Shown in pieces: positions 16,909-26,952 of a stretch of DNA of 64,000 bases. The notes below the pieces were generated by a model. It saw only the letters and a program-made list of their open reading frames with translations. It did not search any database and was not told where the DNA came from. The first letter of the stretch is position 1, and each line of letters starts with the position of its first letter. A program made the position numbers and the translations under genes. This DNA is from Candidatus Latescibacterota bacterium. GTDB lineage: Bacteria > Latescibacterota > UBA2968 > UBA8231. The stretch is from positions 4,064,001 to 4,128,000 of the forward strand of contig OZ252098.1 of NCBI GenBank assembly GCA_965248355.1, given 5' to 3'.

Positions 16909-19242
16909 ATGGCTGAAAAGGCTGACCCCCTCGTGGCCGGACGCAAGGTCTCCCATATCACCGGAGTCCTGCTGCTCGCCCTGGCCGCCTTTCTGCTGCT
17001 GAGCCTGGCCACGCACTCCCCGCTGGATCCCCCCAACTCGAGCCACGCCGAGGAACAGGGCCCGATCAACCGCGCCGGATGGCTCGGGGCCCACGTCTCC
17101 TACGGGATGCTGACCGCCGTCGGGTACAGCGCCTACGCCCTGCCGGTGCTGGCCCTCCTGTGGACCTGGAACCGCCTCCGGCGGCGCCCCTGGAAAGGGG
17201 ATGCCGCCCGCTCCCTCGGCGTCGCCGGCATCGCCCTCTTTCTGTCCGTTGGCTCCGGACTGCCGTCCTGGTCCCCCTATACCGCCTTCGAGTTCGGGGG
17301 CTGGCTCGGCACCTGGACCACGGCCACCGTGCTCGTGCCCTTCACCGGCCGCGTGGGCTCCAGCATCCTGCTCACCGGACTGCTCGGCGCTTCCCTGCTG
17401 CTGGCCACCGACATCGATCCGCGCCGCTGCGCGCAGTCCCTGTCCGCCTGGAGCCGGCGCCTGCGCCAGCGCAGACGCCGGCCCGGGAAGCGGGAGCCCG
17501 CCCCGGAGGAAACCCTGCCGGCCAGCGGACGTCCGCCGACCATCGGCCGGCGCGCACCGGGACGGGCGGCCTCCCGGGAGGATCCCCCGTCCGACGAGGG
17601 TTCGCCCGGAGAGGCTTCCCCGGAGGAGGCCGAGGCGCCCCCCGCGGCCGAGGAGATCCCGGTCGTCGCTCGCCGCCGGAACGGGTCCGCCGGAAAGAGC
17701 CGGTCCCGGGCGGCGCGGCCGGCCCCTCGCCCCGAGGCCGGGCGGACCCCTGAGGCCGGCGCCGCCGGTACCGGGGCCCGCCCCCGGGGCCGCTACCGCC
17801 TGCCGGGGGCCAAGCTGCTGGACCCGGTGCCGGCGGACCGCGGCCAGGTCGGCCGCGAGGTCCTGCTGCAGAACGCCCGCGTCCTGGAGGAGGCTCTGGC
17901 CAACTTCGACGTCATGGGGAAGGTCGTGGAGGTGAGCCCCGGACCGGTGGTCACCCGCTACGAAGTGGAGCCGGCCGCCGGGGTCAAGGTGGGGCGCATC
18001 TCGGCTCTCGCCGACGATCTGGCCCGCGTCATGAGCGCCGAGGGGATCCGCATCCAGGCGCCCGTGCCCGGCAAGTCCGTCGTCGGCGTCGAGATCGCCA
18101 ACCACCACCGCGAGACCGTCTACCTGCGCGAGATCGTCGAGTCCCGCGCCTTCCGGCGGGCCGGCTCCGAGCTGACCCTGGCCCTCGGCAAGACCATCTC
18201 GGGCGAGACCTGCGTCACCGACCTGGCGAAGATGCCCCACCTCCTCGTGGCCGGGGCCACCGGGTCCGGCAAGAGCGTCTGCATCAACACCCTGATCTGC
18301 AGCCTCCTGTTGCGCTACACGCCCGAGGAGGTCCGTCTCCTCATGGTCGATCCCAAGGTCGTGGAGCTGACCATCTACAACGACATCCCCCACCTGCTGG
18401 TGCCCGTGATCACCGAGCCCAAGAAGGCCGCCGAGGCCCTTGGCTGGGCCGTCTCCGAGATGGAGGACCGCTACCGGCTGCTGGCCAGGATGGCCGTGCG
18501 CAACTTGGCGGACTACAACGCCAAGGTGGAGCGCATCCTCGCTGGAGGCGCCGGCGCGGAGGGCGCCGCCGAGGGGGAGGAGGTGCGCAAGCTCCCCTTC
18601 ATCGTCATCGTCATCGATGAGTTCGCCGACCTCATGCTCACCGCCCCCGCCGACGTGGAGGGCTCGATCATGGGCCTGGCCCAGAAGTCCCGGGCCGTGG
18701 GCATCCACATCGTCCTCGCCACCCAGCGACCCTCGGTGAACGTCATCACCGGCGTCATCAAGGCCAACTTCCCGTCGCGCATCGCCTTCCTCGTGGCCTC
18801 CAAGACCGACTCGCGCACCATCCTCGACGTGAACGGCGCCGAGCGGCTCCTCGGCCGGGGGGACATGCTCTTCCTGCGCAGCGGCCACGGGGAGCCGGTC
18901 CGCATCCACGGCGCCTTCATCTCCGGCGAGGAGACCGAGCGCCTGGTGGAGGAGATCCGCGGCAGCGGCTTCGAGGCCGAGGAGGTGAAGGTGTTCTCCG
19001 AGCGCGGCGGCCCCGGGGAGAGCGCCGGCGACCGGGACGAGCTCTTCGACGAGGCCGTCAGCGTCGTGATGGAGTCCAAGCAGGCGAGCACGTCCTACCT
19101 GCAGCGGCGCATGAAGGTGGGCTACTCCCGCGCCGCGCGCCTCATGGACGAGCTCGAGCTCGCCGGGATCGTGGGGCCCGCCGAGGGGGCCCGGCCGAGG
19201 CGCATCCTCGGGGAGGACGTGGACGGGGAGGAGGCTCCGTGA
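16909..19242 (+). CDS. ftsK: DNA translocase FtsK
   Basis: 4TM N-terminus, PHLLVAGATGSGKS, IDEFAD, LATQRPS, gamma domain LQRRMKVGYSRAAR. Confidence 0.97.
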   Translation: MAEKADPLVAGRKVSHITGVLLLALAAFLLLSLATHSPLDPPNSSHAEEQGPINRAGWLGAHVSYGMLTAVGYSAYALPVLALLWTWNRLRRRPWKGDAARSLGVAGIALFLSVGSGLPSWSPYTAFEFGGWLGTWTTATVLVPFTGRVGSSILLTGLLGASLLLATDIDPRRCAQSLSAWSRRLRQRRRRPGKREPAPEETLPASGRPPTIGRRAPGRAASREDPPSDEGSPGEASPEEAEAPPAAEEIPVVARRRNGSAGKSRSRAARPAPRPEAGRTPEAGAAGTGARPRGRYRLPGAKLLDPVPADRGQVGREVLLQNARVLEEALANFDVMGKVVEVSPGPVVTRYEVEPAAGVKVGRISALADDLARVMSAEGIRIQAPVPGKSVVGVEIANHHRETVYLREIVESRAFRRAGSELTLALGKTISGETCVTDLAKMPHLLVAGATGSGKSVCINTLICSLLLRYTPEEVRLLMVDPKVVELTIYNDIPHLLVPVITEPKKAAEALGWAVSEMEDRYRLLARMAVRNLADYNAKVERILAGGAGAEGAAEGEEVRKLPFIVIVIDEFADLMLTAPADVEGSIMGLAQKSRAVGIHIVLATQRPSVNVITGVIKANFPSRIAFLVASKTDSRTILDVNGAERLLGRGDMLFLRSGHGEPVRIHGAFISGEETERLVEEIRGSGFEAEEVKVFSERGGPGESAGDRDELFDEAVSVVMESKQASTSYLQRRMKVGYSRAARLMDELELAGIVGPAEGARPRRILGEDVDGEEAP

Positions 19243-19898
19243 GGGCCGCGCTCTTCCTGTGGGCGCCGCTGGCCGCCCTGCTCTGGCCCGCGTGCCTTCC
19301 GGCCATCACCGGCAGCGAGGTCATCGAGCGCGTGCGTGACCGCTTCGCCAAGGCCCGCACCTACGAGGCCCGCTTCGAGAAGCGGTTCTACTGGGCTGTC
19401 CTCGACAAGCACCTGTCGCGCCAGGGACGGATCTACACCCGGAAGCCGGGGCGTTTCCGCGTGCAGCTCGAGGACGGCGATCTCGTCGTCGCCGACGGCG
19501 AGGCCATCTGGGCCTACAGCAAGGCCAATGAGCAGGTCGTCGTCGCCCCCTACGACGGGGTGGTGATGCAGACGCCCTGGGAGATCCTCGTGAAGTACGC
19601 GAGCAGCTATCGGACGGTGGCGGTGGAGCGCACCGATCTCGACGGCCGCGAGGTCTACCTGCTGACGCTGCAGCCGCTGGAGGACGTGCCTGCCACCCTG
19701 CGGCTCCAGCGCATGCGCCTGTGGGTGGAGGAGAGAGGCTGGCGCCTCCTGCGGATCGAGCAGGTCGACACCAACGACGACGTGAGCACCTACATCCTGA
19801 GCGGGCACCGCCGCGACGGCCGGCTCGACGACGACCTCTTCCGCTTCACCCCGCCCGAGGGCACGGAGATCATCGACCGCCGGCCGGCGGATCCCTGA
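19239..19898 (+). CDS. lolA: Outer-membrane lipoprotein carrier LolA
   Basis: KPGRFR, VADGEAIWAY, FRFTPPEGTEIID; canonical position after ftsK. Confidence 0.9.
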   Translation: MRAALFLWAPLAALLWPACLPAITGSEVIERVRDRFAKARTYEARFEKRFYWAVLDKHLSRQGRIYTRKPGRFRVQLEDGDLVVADGEAIWAYSKANEQVVVAPYDGVVMQTPWEILVKYASSYRTVAVERTDLDGREVYLLTLQPLEDVPATLRLQRMRLWVEERGWRLLRIEQVDTNDDVSTYILSGHRRDGRLDDDLFRFTPPEGTEIIDRRPADP

Positions 19899-19900
19899 AG

Positions 19901-21625
19901 ATGTCCAGGATCCTTCGCCGGTGCCTCCTTGTCCGGGGCGCCGTCCTTCTCCTCCTTCCCGCCGCCGCCCCCGCCGAGCCGGTCTGGGTGTTCTTCACCG
20001 ACAAGGCCGACGCCGGCGGCCAGGTCCTCTCCTGGCCGGCCCCCCGTCACGTGCGCCCGGACCCCGGCCTCGACATCGATCTCGACCGCCGCTACACCGC
20101 CGCCGTCGAGTCTCTCGGCCTGCCCATCCGCGCGCGCTCGCGCTGGTTCAACGCCGTGAGCGTGGACGCCGGACGCGGCCAGGCCGCCCGCCTGCGCCGC
20201 CTCTCCTTCGTGCGCGAGGTGCGGCCCGTGCGGACCTGGCTGCGTCCTTCCCCGGCCCTTCCCGTCGCCCCCCCCTCCGGCCATCGGGCGCGCCCGGCCG
20301 CCCTCGACTACGGCCCCTCCCTGGAGCAGTTGGCCGCCGTCAACGTGCCTCTCCTTCACGCCCGCGGGCTCCTCGGCCAGGGCGTGCGCGTCGCCCTCAT
20401 CGACGCCGGTTTCAACTGGAGATCTCACGCCGCCTTCGGCGGCCTGCGGGTCCTGGCCGCCCGTGACTTCATCAACGGCGACGACGAGGTCGCGGACGAG
20501 TCCCTCCAGCCGGTGACCGGGGAGGAGGCCGCTCATGGCCAGAACGTGCACGGCACCCGTGTCCTTGGCGTCATCGCCGGCCACGAGCCGGGCCAGCTCA
20601 TCGGGGTGGCGCCGGCCGCCGGGTACCTGCTGGCCAAGACCGAGGATGTGAGCCCCTCGGCGGGGGGAGGGGAGAGCGAGCTGCCCATCGAGGAGGACCG
20701 CTGGGTGGCGGCCATCGAGTGGGCCGACAGCCTCGGCGCCCAGGTCGTCAACGCCTCCGTCGGGTACACCCGCTTCGACGACGGCACCGGGTACACCTGG
20801 GAGGATCTGGACGGGGCCACCGCCCTGACCACGAGAGCCGCGGAGCTGGCCGTGGCCCGGGGGATCGTGGTCGTCGCCGCCGCCGGCAACGAAGCCCTCG
20901 GCGACTGGCACTACGTCACCGTGCCCGCCGACGGCCCCGGGGTCATCGCCGTGGGCGCCGTGCACCCCTGGACGGACGCGCTCGCCCCCACCAGCTCCCG
21001 CGGTCCCACCGCGGACGGGCGCATCAAGCCCGACCTCGTGGCTCCGGGACAGGCCGTGTTCACCGTCTCCGGCCGGGGGGCCGGCGAGGGCGCGGAGTCC
21101 TTCTCGCTGCGCGAGTACTCCCATGTCTCCGGCACCTCCTTCGCAGCGCCCATCGCCGCCGGCGTCTGCGCCCTGCTGCTGCAGGAGCACCCCCGCTGGA
21201 CGCCCGGGGAGGTGGCCGCCGCCCTCCGCTCCACCGCCGTCGATCTCGGGCCGGCGGGGCCGGACACCCTCTTCGGCTGGGGGCGCATCGACGCCGCCCG
21301 CGCCAGCGGCCTGGAGGTCCCTGGCCCCCTGGCCAGCGCCGCCCTCGATCCCTTCCCGAACCCCGCCCGCGGTTCCTCGCCCACCATCCACTTCCCCGTC
21401 GACCTGTCCGGGGCGGAGACCCTCTCTCTGCGCCTCTTCGACGCCGCCGGCGCCCTGGTCCATGTCATGGACCGCAGGCGCCGGCCCGCCGGGACCTACC
21501 ATCTGCCGGGCCTGGCCCTCTCCTGGGAGGTGGGGGCGGACCTGGCTTCCGGCGTCTATTTCTATCGTCTGGAGGGCGACTCCTTCCGCCGCGCCGGAAA
21601 GGTGGCCGTCCTGCGCGGTCTCTGA
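19901..21625 (+). CDS. S8 (subtilisin-like) serine peptidase with CTD-like C-terminus
   Basis: Catalytic IDAG, HGT, AAGN, GTSFAAP; C-terminal PFPNP...ASGVYFYRL. Confidence 0.92.
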   Translation: MSRILRRCLLVRGAVLLLLPAAAPAEPVWVFFTDKADAGGQVLSWPAPRHVRPDPGLDIDLDRRYTAAVESLGLPIRARSRWFNAVSVDAGRGQAARLRRLSFVREVRPVRTWLRPSPALPVAPPSGHRARPAALDYGPSLEQLAAVNVPLLHARGLLGQGVRVALIDAGFNWRSHAAFGGLRVLAARDFINGDDEVADESLQPVTGEEAAHGQNVHGTRVLGVIAGHEPGQLIGVAPAAGYLLAKTEDVSPSAGGGESELPIEEDRWVAAIEWADSLGAQVVNASVGYTRFDDGTGYTWEDLDGATALTTRAAELAVARGIVVVAAAGNEALGDWHYVTVPADGPGVIAVGAVHPWTDALAPTSSRGPTADGRIKPDLVAPGQAVFTVSGRGAGEGAESFSLREYSHVSGTSFAAPIAAGVCALLLQEHPRWTPGEVAAALRSTAVDLGPAGPDTLFGWGRIDAARASGLEVPGPLASAALDPFPNPARGSSPTIHFPVDLSGAETLSLRLFDAAGALVHVMDRRRRPAGTYHLPGLALSWEVGADLASGVYFYRLEGDSFRRAGKVAVLRGL

Positions 21626-21745
21626 GGGGCGGCCCGTCTTTGGCAGGTCCCGGGGCGGCGCGTACCTTCTCCCGCCGTGATGCAGCCCGCCGCACGACGC
21701 CGCGACAGACCCCGGAGCGGCCGGCAGCAGTGTTTCGCGCGGCGC

Positions 21746-22219
21746 ATGCGCACGCTCCGCTGGGGCGTGATCGCGGGCTGCGTGGTCGTCGGCTTCGGGG
21801 TGATGGCCTTCAAGCTCGCCCGCTTCACCGGCGGCTCGGTGGGGAAGCTCGAGGAGTTGCCCGACCTGCTCGGCCGCCTCCAGAAGCCGATCCACTGGAG
21901 CGTGCCGGAGGACGGGGTCCGCTACCTGTGGTTCTTCCACGGGTACCCGGAAGAGGGCCGCAAGTTCGTCCTCGTGCGGGTTCGCATGGAGGCGCGCCTC
22001 AAGATCGGCTATCCCGTCGTGCCCCGGTGCTTCCAGCTCGTGGGCGCCGACGGGTCCCGCTACTACCCGAAGTCGCGCTCGCCCATGTTCATCCGCCTCG
22101 GGGGCCGCTTCCACCTCGATCGGGACGACACCCTCGACGAGGAGCTGCTCTTCGAGATCCCCGAGGCTGCCCGGGCCGAGCGGCTCATCTTCGAACGCTA
22201 CGAGGAACCCCCGGAATAG
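21746..22219 (+). CDS. Membrane-anchored hypothetical protein (DUF4352-like Ig fold)
   Basis: N-terminal TM; P.EG.KFVLVRV, FQLVGADG..Y, LLFEIP; start could be 21677. Confidence 0.6.
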   Translation: MRTLRWGVIAGCVVVGFGVMAFKLARFTGGSVGKLEELPDLLGRLQKPIHWSVPEDGVRYLWFFHGYPEEGRKFVLVRVRMEARLKIGYPVVPRCFQLVGADGSRYYPKSRSPMFIRLGGRFHLDRDDTLDEELLFEIPEAARAERLIFERYEEPPE

Positions 22220-22229
22220 GAGCGATCCC

Positions 22230-23327
22230 ATGGCTGCCAACGAAGAGGTCCTGTTCGCCTGCGCCGAACGGCTGGAACGGCTCCGGGGGTATCTTTGACG
22301 TCGACCGGCGCCGTCAGAGCCTGGCCGGCCTGGACCAGCGGATGGGGCGGGGAGACTTCTGGAACGACCGCCGCAGCGCCGAGGAGGTCTCCCGCCAGGC
22401 CCGCGGGCTGAGAGACGTCATCGAACCCTGGGACGGGCTGAAGTCCCGCCTCGACGACCTGCTCGAGTTGCGCGAGCTGGCCTCGGCCGAGGGGATGCCG
22501 CAACCCTCTCGGAGGTGGAGGCGGAGGCCGCGGCCCTCGGCCGGGAGCTGGACCAAGTGGAGCTCCAGGCCATGCTCGCGGACGAGGACGATCCCAAGGA
22601 CGCCATCCTCGAGATCCACTCGGGCGCCGGCGGCACCGAGGCCGCCGACTGGGCCGGGATGCTCATGCGCCTCTACGGCCGCTGGATCGAGCGCCGCGGC
22701 TTCGAGTCCGATCTCATGGACCTGCAGCCGGGCGACGAGGCCGGCATCAAGAGCGCCACCATCGAGGTCCGGGGCCGCTACGCCTACGGCTATCTCAAGG
22801 CCGAGGCCGGGGTCCATCGACTCGTGCGCATCTCGCCCTTCGATGCCAACAAGCGCCGGCACACCTCCTTCGCCAGCGTCTTCGTCTATCCCGAGGTCGA
22901 CGAGATCCCCGAGGTCGAGCTGCGGGACGATGACCTGCAGATCGACACCTACAAGGCGGGCGGCGCCGGCGGCCAGCACGTGAACAAGACCTCCTCGGCG
23001 GTGCGCATCACCCACCTGCCCACGAGGATCACCGTGCAGTGTCAGAACGAGCGCTCGCAGATGAAGAACCGGAGCACGGCCATGAAGGTGCTCAAGGCGC
23101 GGATCTACGACCACCACAGGCAGGAGGAACGGCAGAAGATGGAAGCCGTGGAGAGCACCAAGAAGGCCATCGACTTCGGCAGTCAGATCCGCTCCTACGT
23201 CTTCCAGCCCTACACCATGGTCAAGGACCACCGCACCGGCCACGAGTCGGGGAATGTGCAGGCCGTCATGGACGGCGACATCGACGGGTTCATCGAGGCC
23301 TTCCTCACCGCCGACCGGACGGCATAA
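22230..23327 (+). CDS. prfB: Peptide chain release factor 2: programmed +1 frameshift at 22293-22299 plus an additional apparent 1-nt deletion near 22491-22494
   Basis: AGGAG RBS; GGGGG-TAT-CTT-TGA-C shift site; DFWND in +1 frame; SPF and GGQ motifs in 22515-23327. Confidence 0.93.
22284..22299 (+). promoter_or_regulatory. prfB autoregulatory +1 frameshift signal
   Basis: CGGGGG TAT CTT TGA C: internal SD, slippery CTT-T, UGA-C stop. Confidence 0.95.
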
Positions 23328-23331
23328 GGCC

Positions 23332-24585
23332 GTGGGCTACGAGCTGTTCGTCTCGCGGCGCTACCTGCAGTCCAAGCAGCGCCCCGGGTTCCTCTCCGTC
23401 ATCGCCTTCATCGCCACCGGGGGCGTCATCCTGGGCGTGGCCGCCCTGATCATCATGCTCTCCGTGACCAACGGGTTCACGGGTGAGGTGAAGAGCCGTC
23501 TCATCGGCATGAACGCCCACGTCAGCGTCTGGCGCTACCACGGCGACGCCATCGCCGCCGCCGACACCCTGGCCGCCCACATCGCCCGCCGGCCGGGGGT
23601 GGTGGCCACGGCGCCCATCATCGAGAGCAAGCTGGTCCTCGCCAACGCCGAGGACGACATGGACGGCGTCGTCGTCTGGGGCGTCGATCCCGAGAGCTTC
23701 GCCGGTGTCTCCGACCTGCCCGCCCACCTGGTCTACGAGGACGCCGGCGAGATGCACTTCGAGCCCCGGCCGGGGGGCGGGCTCCCGGGCATCATCCTCG
23801 GCCGCTACCTGGCCAACCGGCTCCGCGTGGGTCTGGGGGACGTGGTCTTCCTCTTGTCCCTGCGCGAGCAGTCTCTCGAGGAGGTCATGGTCGGCGGGCT
23901 GACCCCGCGGGTGCGGGCCTTCGTCGTCAACGACCTCTTCGAAAGCGGCATGTTCCACTACGACGACAACTACGCCTTCATCTCCCTCGAGCAGGCTCGC
24001 CACATCACCACCATGGACGGCGCCACCAACATCCACGTCCGCCTCGCCGACCTCGACGCCGCCGTCGGCGTGCGCCAGGAGCTGGCCGAGCAGCTCGGCT
24101 ATCCCTACAAGGTCTCCGACTGGACCCAGCAGTTTCCCGAGCTCTTCCATTGGATGGAGCTGGAGAAATGGGTGATCTTCATCGCCCTGAGCCTGATCAT
24201 CGTCGTCGCCGCCTTCAACATCACCTCCATCCTCACCATGTCGATCCTGATCAAGACCCCCGAGATCGGCATCCTCCGCGCCATGGGCGCCCGGTCCCGG
24301 GGCATCGGCCGCGTCTTCCTCTACCAGGGGCTCTTCATCGGCCTCGTCGGGACCCTCCTCGGCTGCCTGATCGGCCTCGGCGTCTGCCTCGTCCAGGACC
24401 GCTTCCGCATCGTCTCCATCCCCAGCGACATCTACATCATCAGCTCCCTCCCCGTGGACATGCAGCCCCTCGACTTCCTGCTCGTCTCCGGCGTCAGCAT
24501 CTGCATCTGTCTGCTGGCGGCCGTGCTGCCGGCCCGCAAGGCCGCTTCCCTGCAGCCGGTCGAGGCGATCCGCTACATCGTGTGA
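23332..24585 (+). CDS. lolE: Lipoprotein-releasing ABC transporter permease (LolC/E)
   Basis: YELFVSRRYL, GVAALIIMLSVTNGF, VAAFNI, EIGILRAMGA, YIISSLP, PVEAIRY. Confidence 0.92.
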   Translation: MGYELFVSRRYLQSKQRPGFLSVIAFIATGGVILGVAALIIMLSVTNGFTGEVKSRLIGMNAHVSVWRYHGDAIAAADTLAAHIARRPGVVATAPIIESKLVLANAEDDMDGVVVWGVDPESFAGVSDLPAHLVYEDAGEMHFEPRPGGGLPGIILGRYLANRLRVGLGDVVFLLSLREQSLEEVMVGGLTPRVRAFVVNDLFESGMFHYDDNYAFISLEQARHITTMDGATNIHVRLADLDAAVGVRQELAEQLGYPYKVSDWTQQFPELFHWMELEKWVIFIALSLIIVVAAFNITSILTMSILIKTPEIGILRAMGARSRGIGRVFLYQGLFIGLVGTLLGCLIGLGVCLVQDRFRIVSIPSDIYIISSLPVDMQPLDFLLVSGVSICICLLAAVLPARKAASLQPVEAIRYIV

Positions 24586-24595
24586 CGGCCGCCCC

Positions 24596-25309
24596 GTGAC
24601 CCCGTCCGCCGGATCCGCCTCCCCGCAGAGCCCGGAGGCCCCCGTCCTGAAGGCCCGCGGGATCCGCCGGGTCTACCCGACCGGCGCCGGCGAGCTGGAG
24701 GTCCTCAAGGGCGTGGATCTGGAGATCCTCCCCGGCCGGACCCTGGCCATCACCGGGGCCTCCGGCGTCGGCAAGAGCACCCTGCTCCACATCCTCGGCA
24801 CCCTCGACCGGCCCACGGACGGCAGCCTGGAGATCACCAGCGTCGACGTCCTCTCCCTCGACGACCGCGGCCTGTCCGACTTCCGCAACCGCTACGTCGG
24901 CTTCGTCTTCCAGTTCCACAATCTGCTCCCCGAGTTCACGGCCCTGGAGAACGTGATGATGCCGGCCCTCATCGCCCGCCTTCCCGGCGGTGGCCGCGAG
25001 CGTGCCGAATCGCTGCTGAAGCAGGTCGGCCTCGAGGACCGCATGTCCCACCGCCCCGGCGAGCTGTCGGGCGGCGAGTGCCAGCGCGTGGCCGTGGCCC
25101 GGGCCCTGGTCATGTCCCCGCCTCTCGTGCTCGCCGACGAGCCCTCGGGCAACCTCGATCAGGAGGCCAGCGCCAGCCTTCACGAGTTGCTGCGCGACCT
25201 GGCCGTCACCCGCCGGCAGACCTTCGTGGTCATGACCCACGACCGTGATCTGGCGGCCAGCCTCGACCGTTGCGGCCAGCTCGTCGACGGCCGTCTGCGC
25301 CTCGATTGA
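24596..25309 (+). CDS. lolD: Lipoprotein-releasing ABC transporter ATPase
   Basis: GASGVGKST, GFVFQFHNLLPEFTALENV, LSGGE, ADEPSGNLD. Confidence 0.93.
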   Translation: MTPSAGSASPQSPEAPVLKARGIRRVYPTGAGELEVLKGVDLEILPGRTLAITGASGVGKSTLLHILGTLDRPTDGSLEITSVDVLSLDDRGLSDFRNRYVGFVFQFHNLLPEFTALENVMMPALIARLPGGGRERAESLLKQVGLEDRMSHRPGELSGGECQRVAVARALVMSPPLVLADEPSGNLDQEASASLHELLRDLAVTRRQTFVVMTHDRDLAASLDRCGQLVDGRLRLD

Positions 25310-25311
25310 CC

Positions 25312-25806
25312 ATGCAGTGCGAGTCCTGCCACGAGCGCGAGGCGGCCGTCGCCCTCACCATCATCTCCGGCGACGAAAAGCGGAGCCTGCGGCTGTGCCC
25401 CCGGTGCGCCGGGCAACAGGGCGGGGAGCCGAGGGAGGGCCCGCCGGCGAAAGCGCCCGCCCAGGCGGTCAAGAAGATCAACGTCGTCCTGGGCCATCTG
25501 GTCGCCGACACCGAGGACGCCCAGTGCCCCGAGTGCGGCCTCACGTACGAGCGCTTCCAGAAGATCGGCCGCCTCGGCTGCCCCGCCTGCTACGCCGCCT
25601 TCGGCGAGCCCCTGCGCCGGCTTCTGCGCCGGATCCACGGCGCCGAGTCCCACCTCGGGCGGGGACCCCGCCCGGAGGAAGGCCCCGTGGCCGACCCCGA
25701 TCAGCTGGACCAGCTGCGCCGGGAGCTGCGGCAGGCCATCGAGGAGGAGGCCTACGAGAGGGCCGCCCAGCTCCGGGACCGCATCGCCCGCCGGGGTGCG
25801 TCGTGA
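25312..25806 (+). CDS. mcsA: McsA activator (CxxC zinc fingers + UVR domain)
   Basis: CESC, CPRC, CPEC, GRLGCPACY, EEAYERAAQLRDRI. Confidence 0.93.
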   Translation: MQCESCHEREAAVALTIISGDEKRSLRLCPRCAGQQGGEPREGPPAKAPAQAVKKINVVLGHLVADTEDAQCPECGLTYERFQKIGRLGCPACYAAFGEPLRRLLRRIHGAESHLGRGPRPEEGPVADPDQLDQLRRELRQAIEEEAYERAAQLRDRIARRGAS

Positions 25807-26864
25807 AGCTCGACCCCCTGATCGGCACGACCCCCAGCTGGATGGGCGGCGGCGACGACGCCGAAGGCATCGTCGTCAGCAGCCGCGTGCGGCTGGCCCG
25901 CAACCTGGCCGGCTATCCCTTCTCGGGGCGCATCACCCCGGGGCAGCAGCAGCAGCTGATCGAAGAGGTGCTCACCGCGGCCAGGGGCAGCCGTTCCATG
26001 GGCGCGGCCACCTTCTTCGCCATGGGCGCCCTGGCCCCCACCGAGCGGCGCCTGCTCGTGGAGCGCCACCTCATCAGCCCGTCCCTGGCCGAGGACAAGG
26101 GCGAGCGGGGGGTCCTCTTCAACCGGGACGAGTCGCTGAGCGTGATGATCAACGAGGAGGATCACCTGCGGCTGCAGGCCATCTTTCCGGGGACCCGGGG
26201 GCGAGAGGCCTGGTCCGCCATCTCCTCCCTCGACGACGAGCTGCTGGAAGCTCTCCCCTGCGCCCACGATTCCGCTCTCGGCTTTCTCACGGCCTGTCCG
26301 ACCAACACCGGCACCGGGCTGCGCATCTCCACGCTCATCCACCTGCCGGCCCTGGTCCTGACGGAGGAGATGGAGCGCGTCCTGCAGGGGCTCGCCCAGC
26401 TGTCCTTCGCCGTCCGGGGGGTGTACGGCGAGGGTTCGAACGCGGCGGGGAATCTCTTCCAGGTGTCGAATCAGGCCACCCTCGGCATGGCCGAGGGCGA
26501 GATCGTGGAGTCTCTGATCGCCATCACGAAGAAGCTGATCGAATGCGAGCGCGACGCCCAGGAATCGCTGATGCAGGAGGCGAGGGCCCAGGTGGAAGAC
26601 AAGGTCTGGCGGGCCTGGGGCCTGCTCTCCCACGCCCGCGTGTTGCCGAGCCAGGAATTCATGACCCTGGTCTCGGCCGTGCGCCTGGGACACACCCTCG
26701 GTCTCGTCGGCGGCCTGTCCTCCAGCTTCCTGAACCACCTGATGATCGCCACCCAGCCCTCCCACCTGCGCGCCGAGGCCGGCCGCGATCTCGATTCCGA
26801 GGAAAGCGATCTGCGGCGCGCCGATCTGGTGCGCCGGAAGATGGCAGAAGCCGGAAAGCCCTAG
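25803..26864 (+). CDS. mcsB: Protein arginine kinase McsB
   Basis: SSRVRLARNL, LVERHLISP, NEEDHLRLQ, TACPTNTGTG, RGVYGEG, QVSNQ. Confidence 0.95.
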   Translation: MKLDPLIGTTPSWMGGGDDAEGIVVSSRVRLARNLAGYPFSGRITPGQQQQLIEEVLTAARGSRSMGAATFFAMGALAPTERRLLVERHLISPSLAEDKGERGVLFNRDESLSVMINEEDHLRLQAIFPGTRGREAWSAISSLDDELLEALPCAHDSALGFLTACPTNTGTGLRISTLIHLPALVLTEEMERVLQGLAQLSFAVRGVYGEGSNAAGNLFQVSNQATLGMAEGEIVESLIAITKKLIECERDAQESLMQEARAQVEDKVWRAWGLLSHARVLPSQEFMTLVSAVRLGHTLGLVGGLSSSFLNHLMIATQPSHLRAEAGRDLDSEESDLRRADLVRRKMAEAGKP

Positions 26865-26886
26865 CCCGAGGCGCTCTCGGGTCATC

Positions 26887-26915
26887 TTGACACCACCAGG
26901 ACCCCTCCGTAGCTT
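26887..26915 (+). promoter_or_regulatory. Sigma70 promoter upstream of clpC
   Basis: TTGACA (26887-26892), 17 nt, TAGCTT (26910-26915); GGAGG RBS at 26939-26943. Confidence 0.6.
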
Positions 26916-26952
26916 GACATCGACCGCCCAAAAATCCCGGAGGTTGTTGTAA

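Noticed and set aside
22296..22514. UGA read-through in frame 0 as a way to make full-length RF2
   Set aside because: Frame 0 is open to the C-terminal half, but the intervening peptide is not RF2-like; the conserved DFWND segment is in the +1 frame.
26880..26920. Two CTTGACA copies upstream of clpC as a CtsR or CIRCE operator
   Set aside because: Spacing (27 nt) and sequence fit neither the CtsR heptad repeat nor CIRCE; the first copy is explained as a -35.
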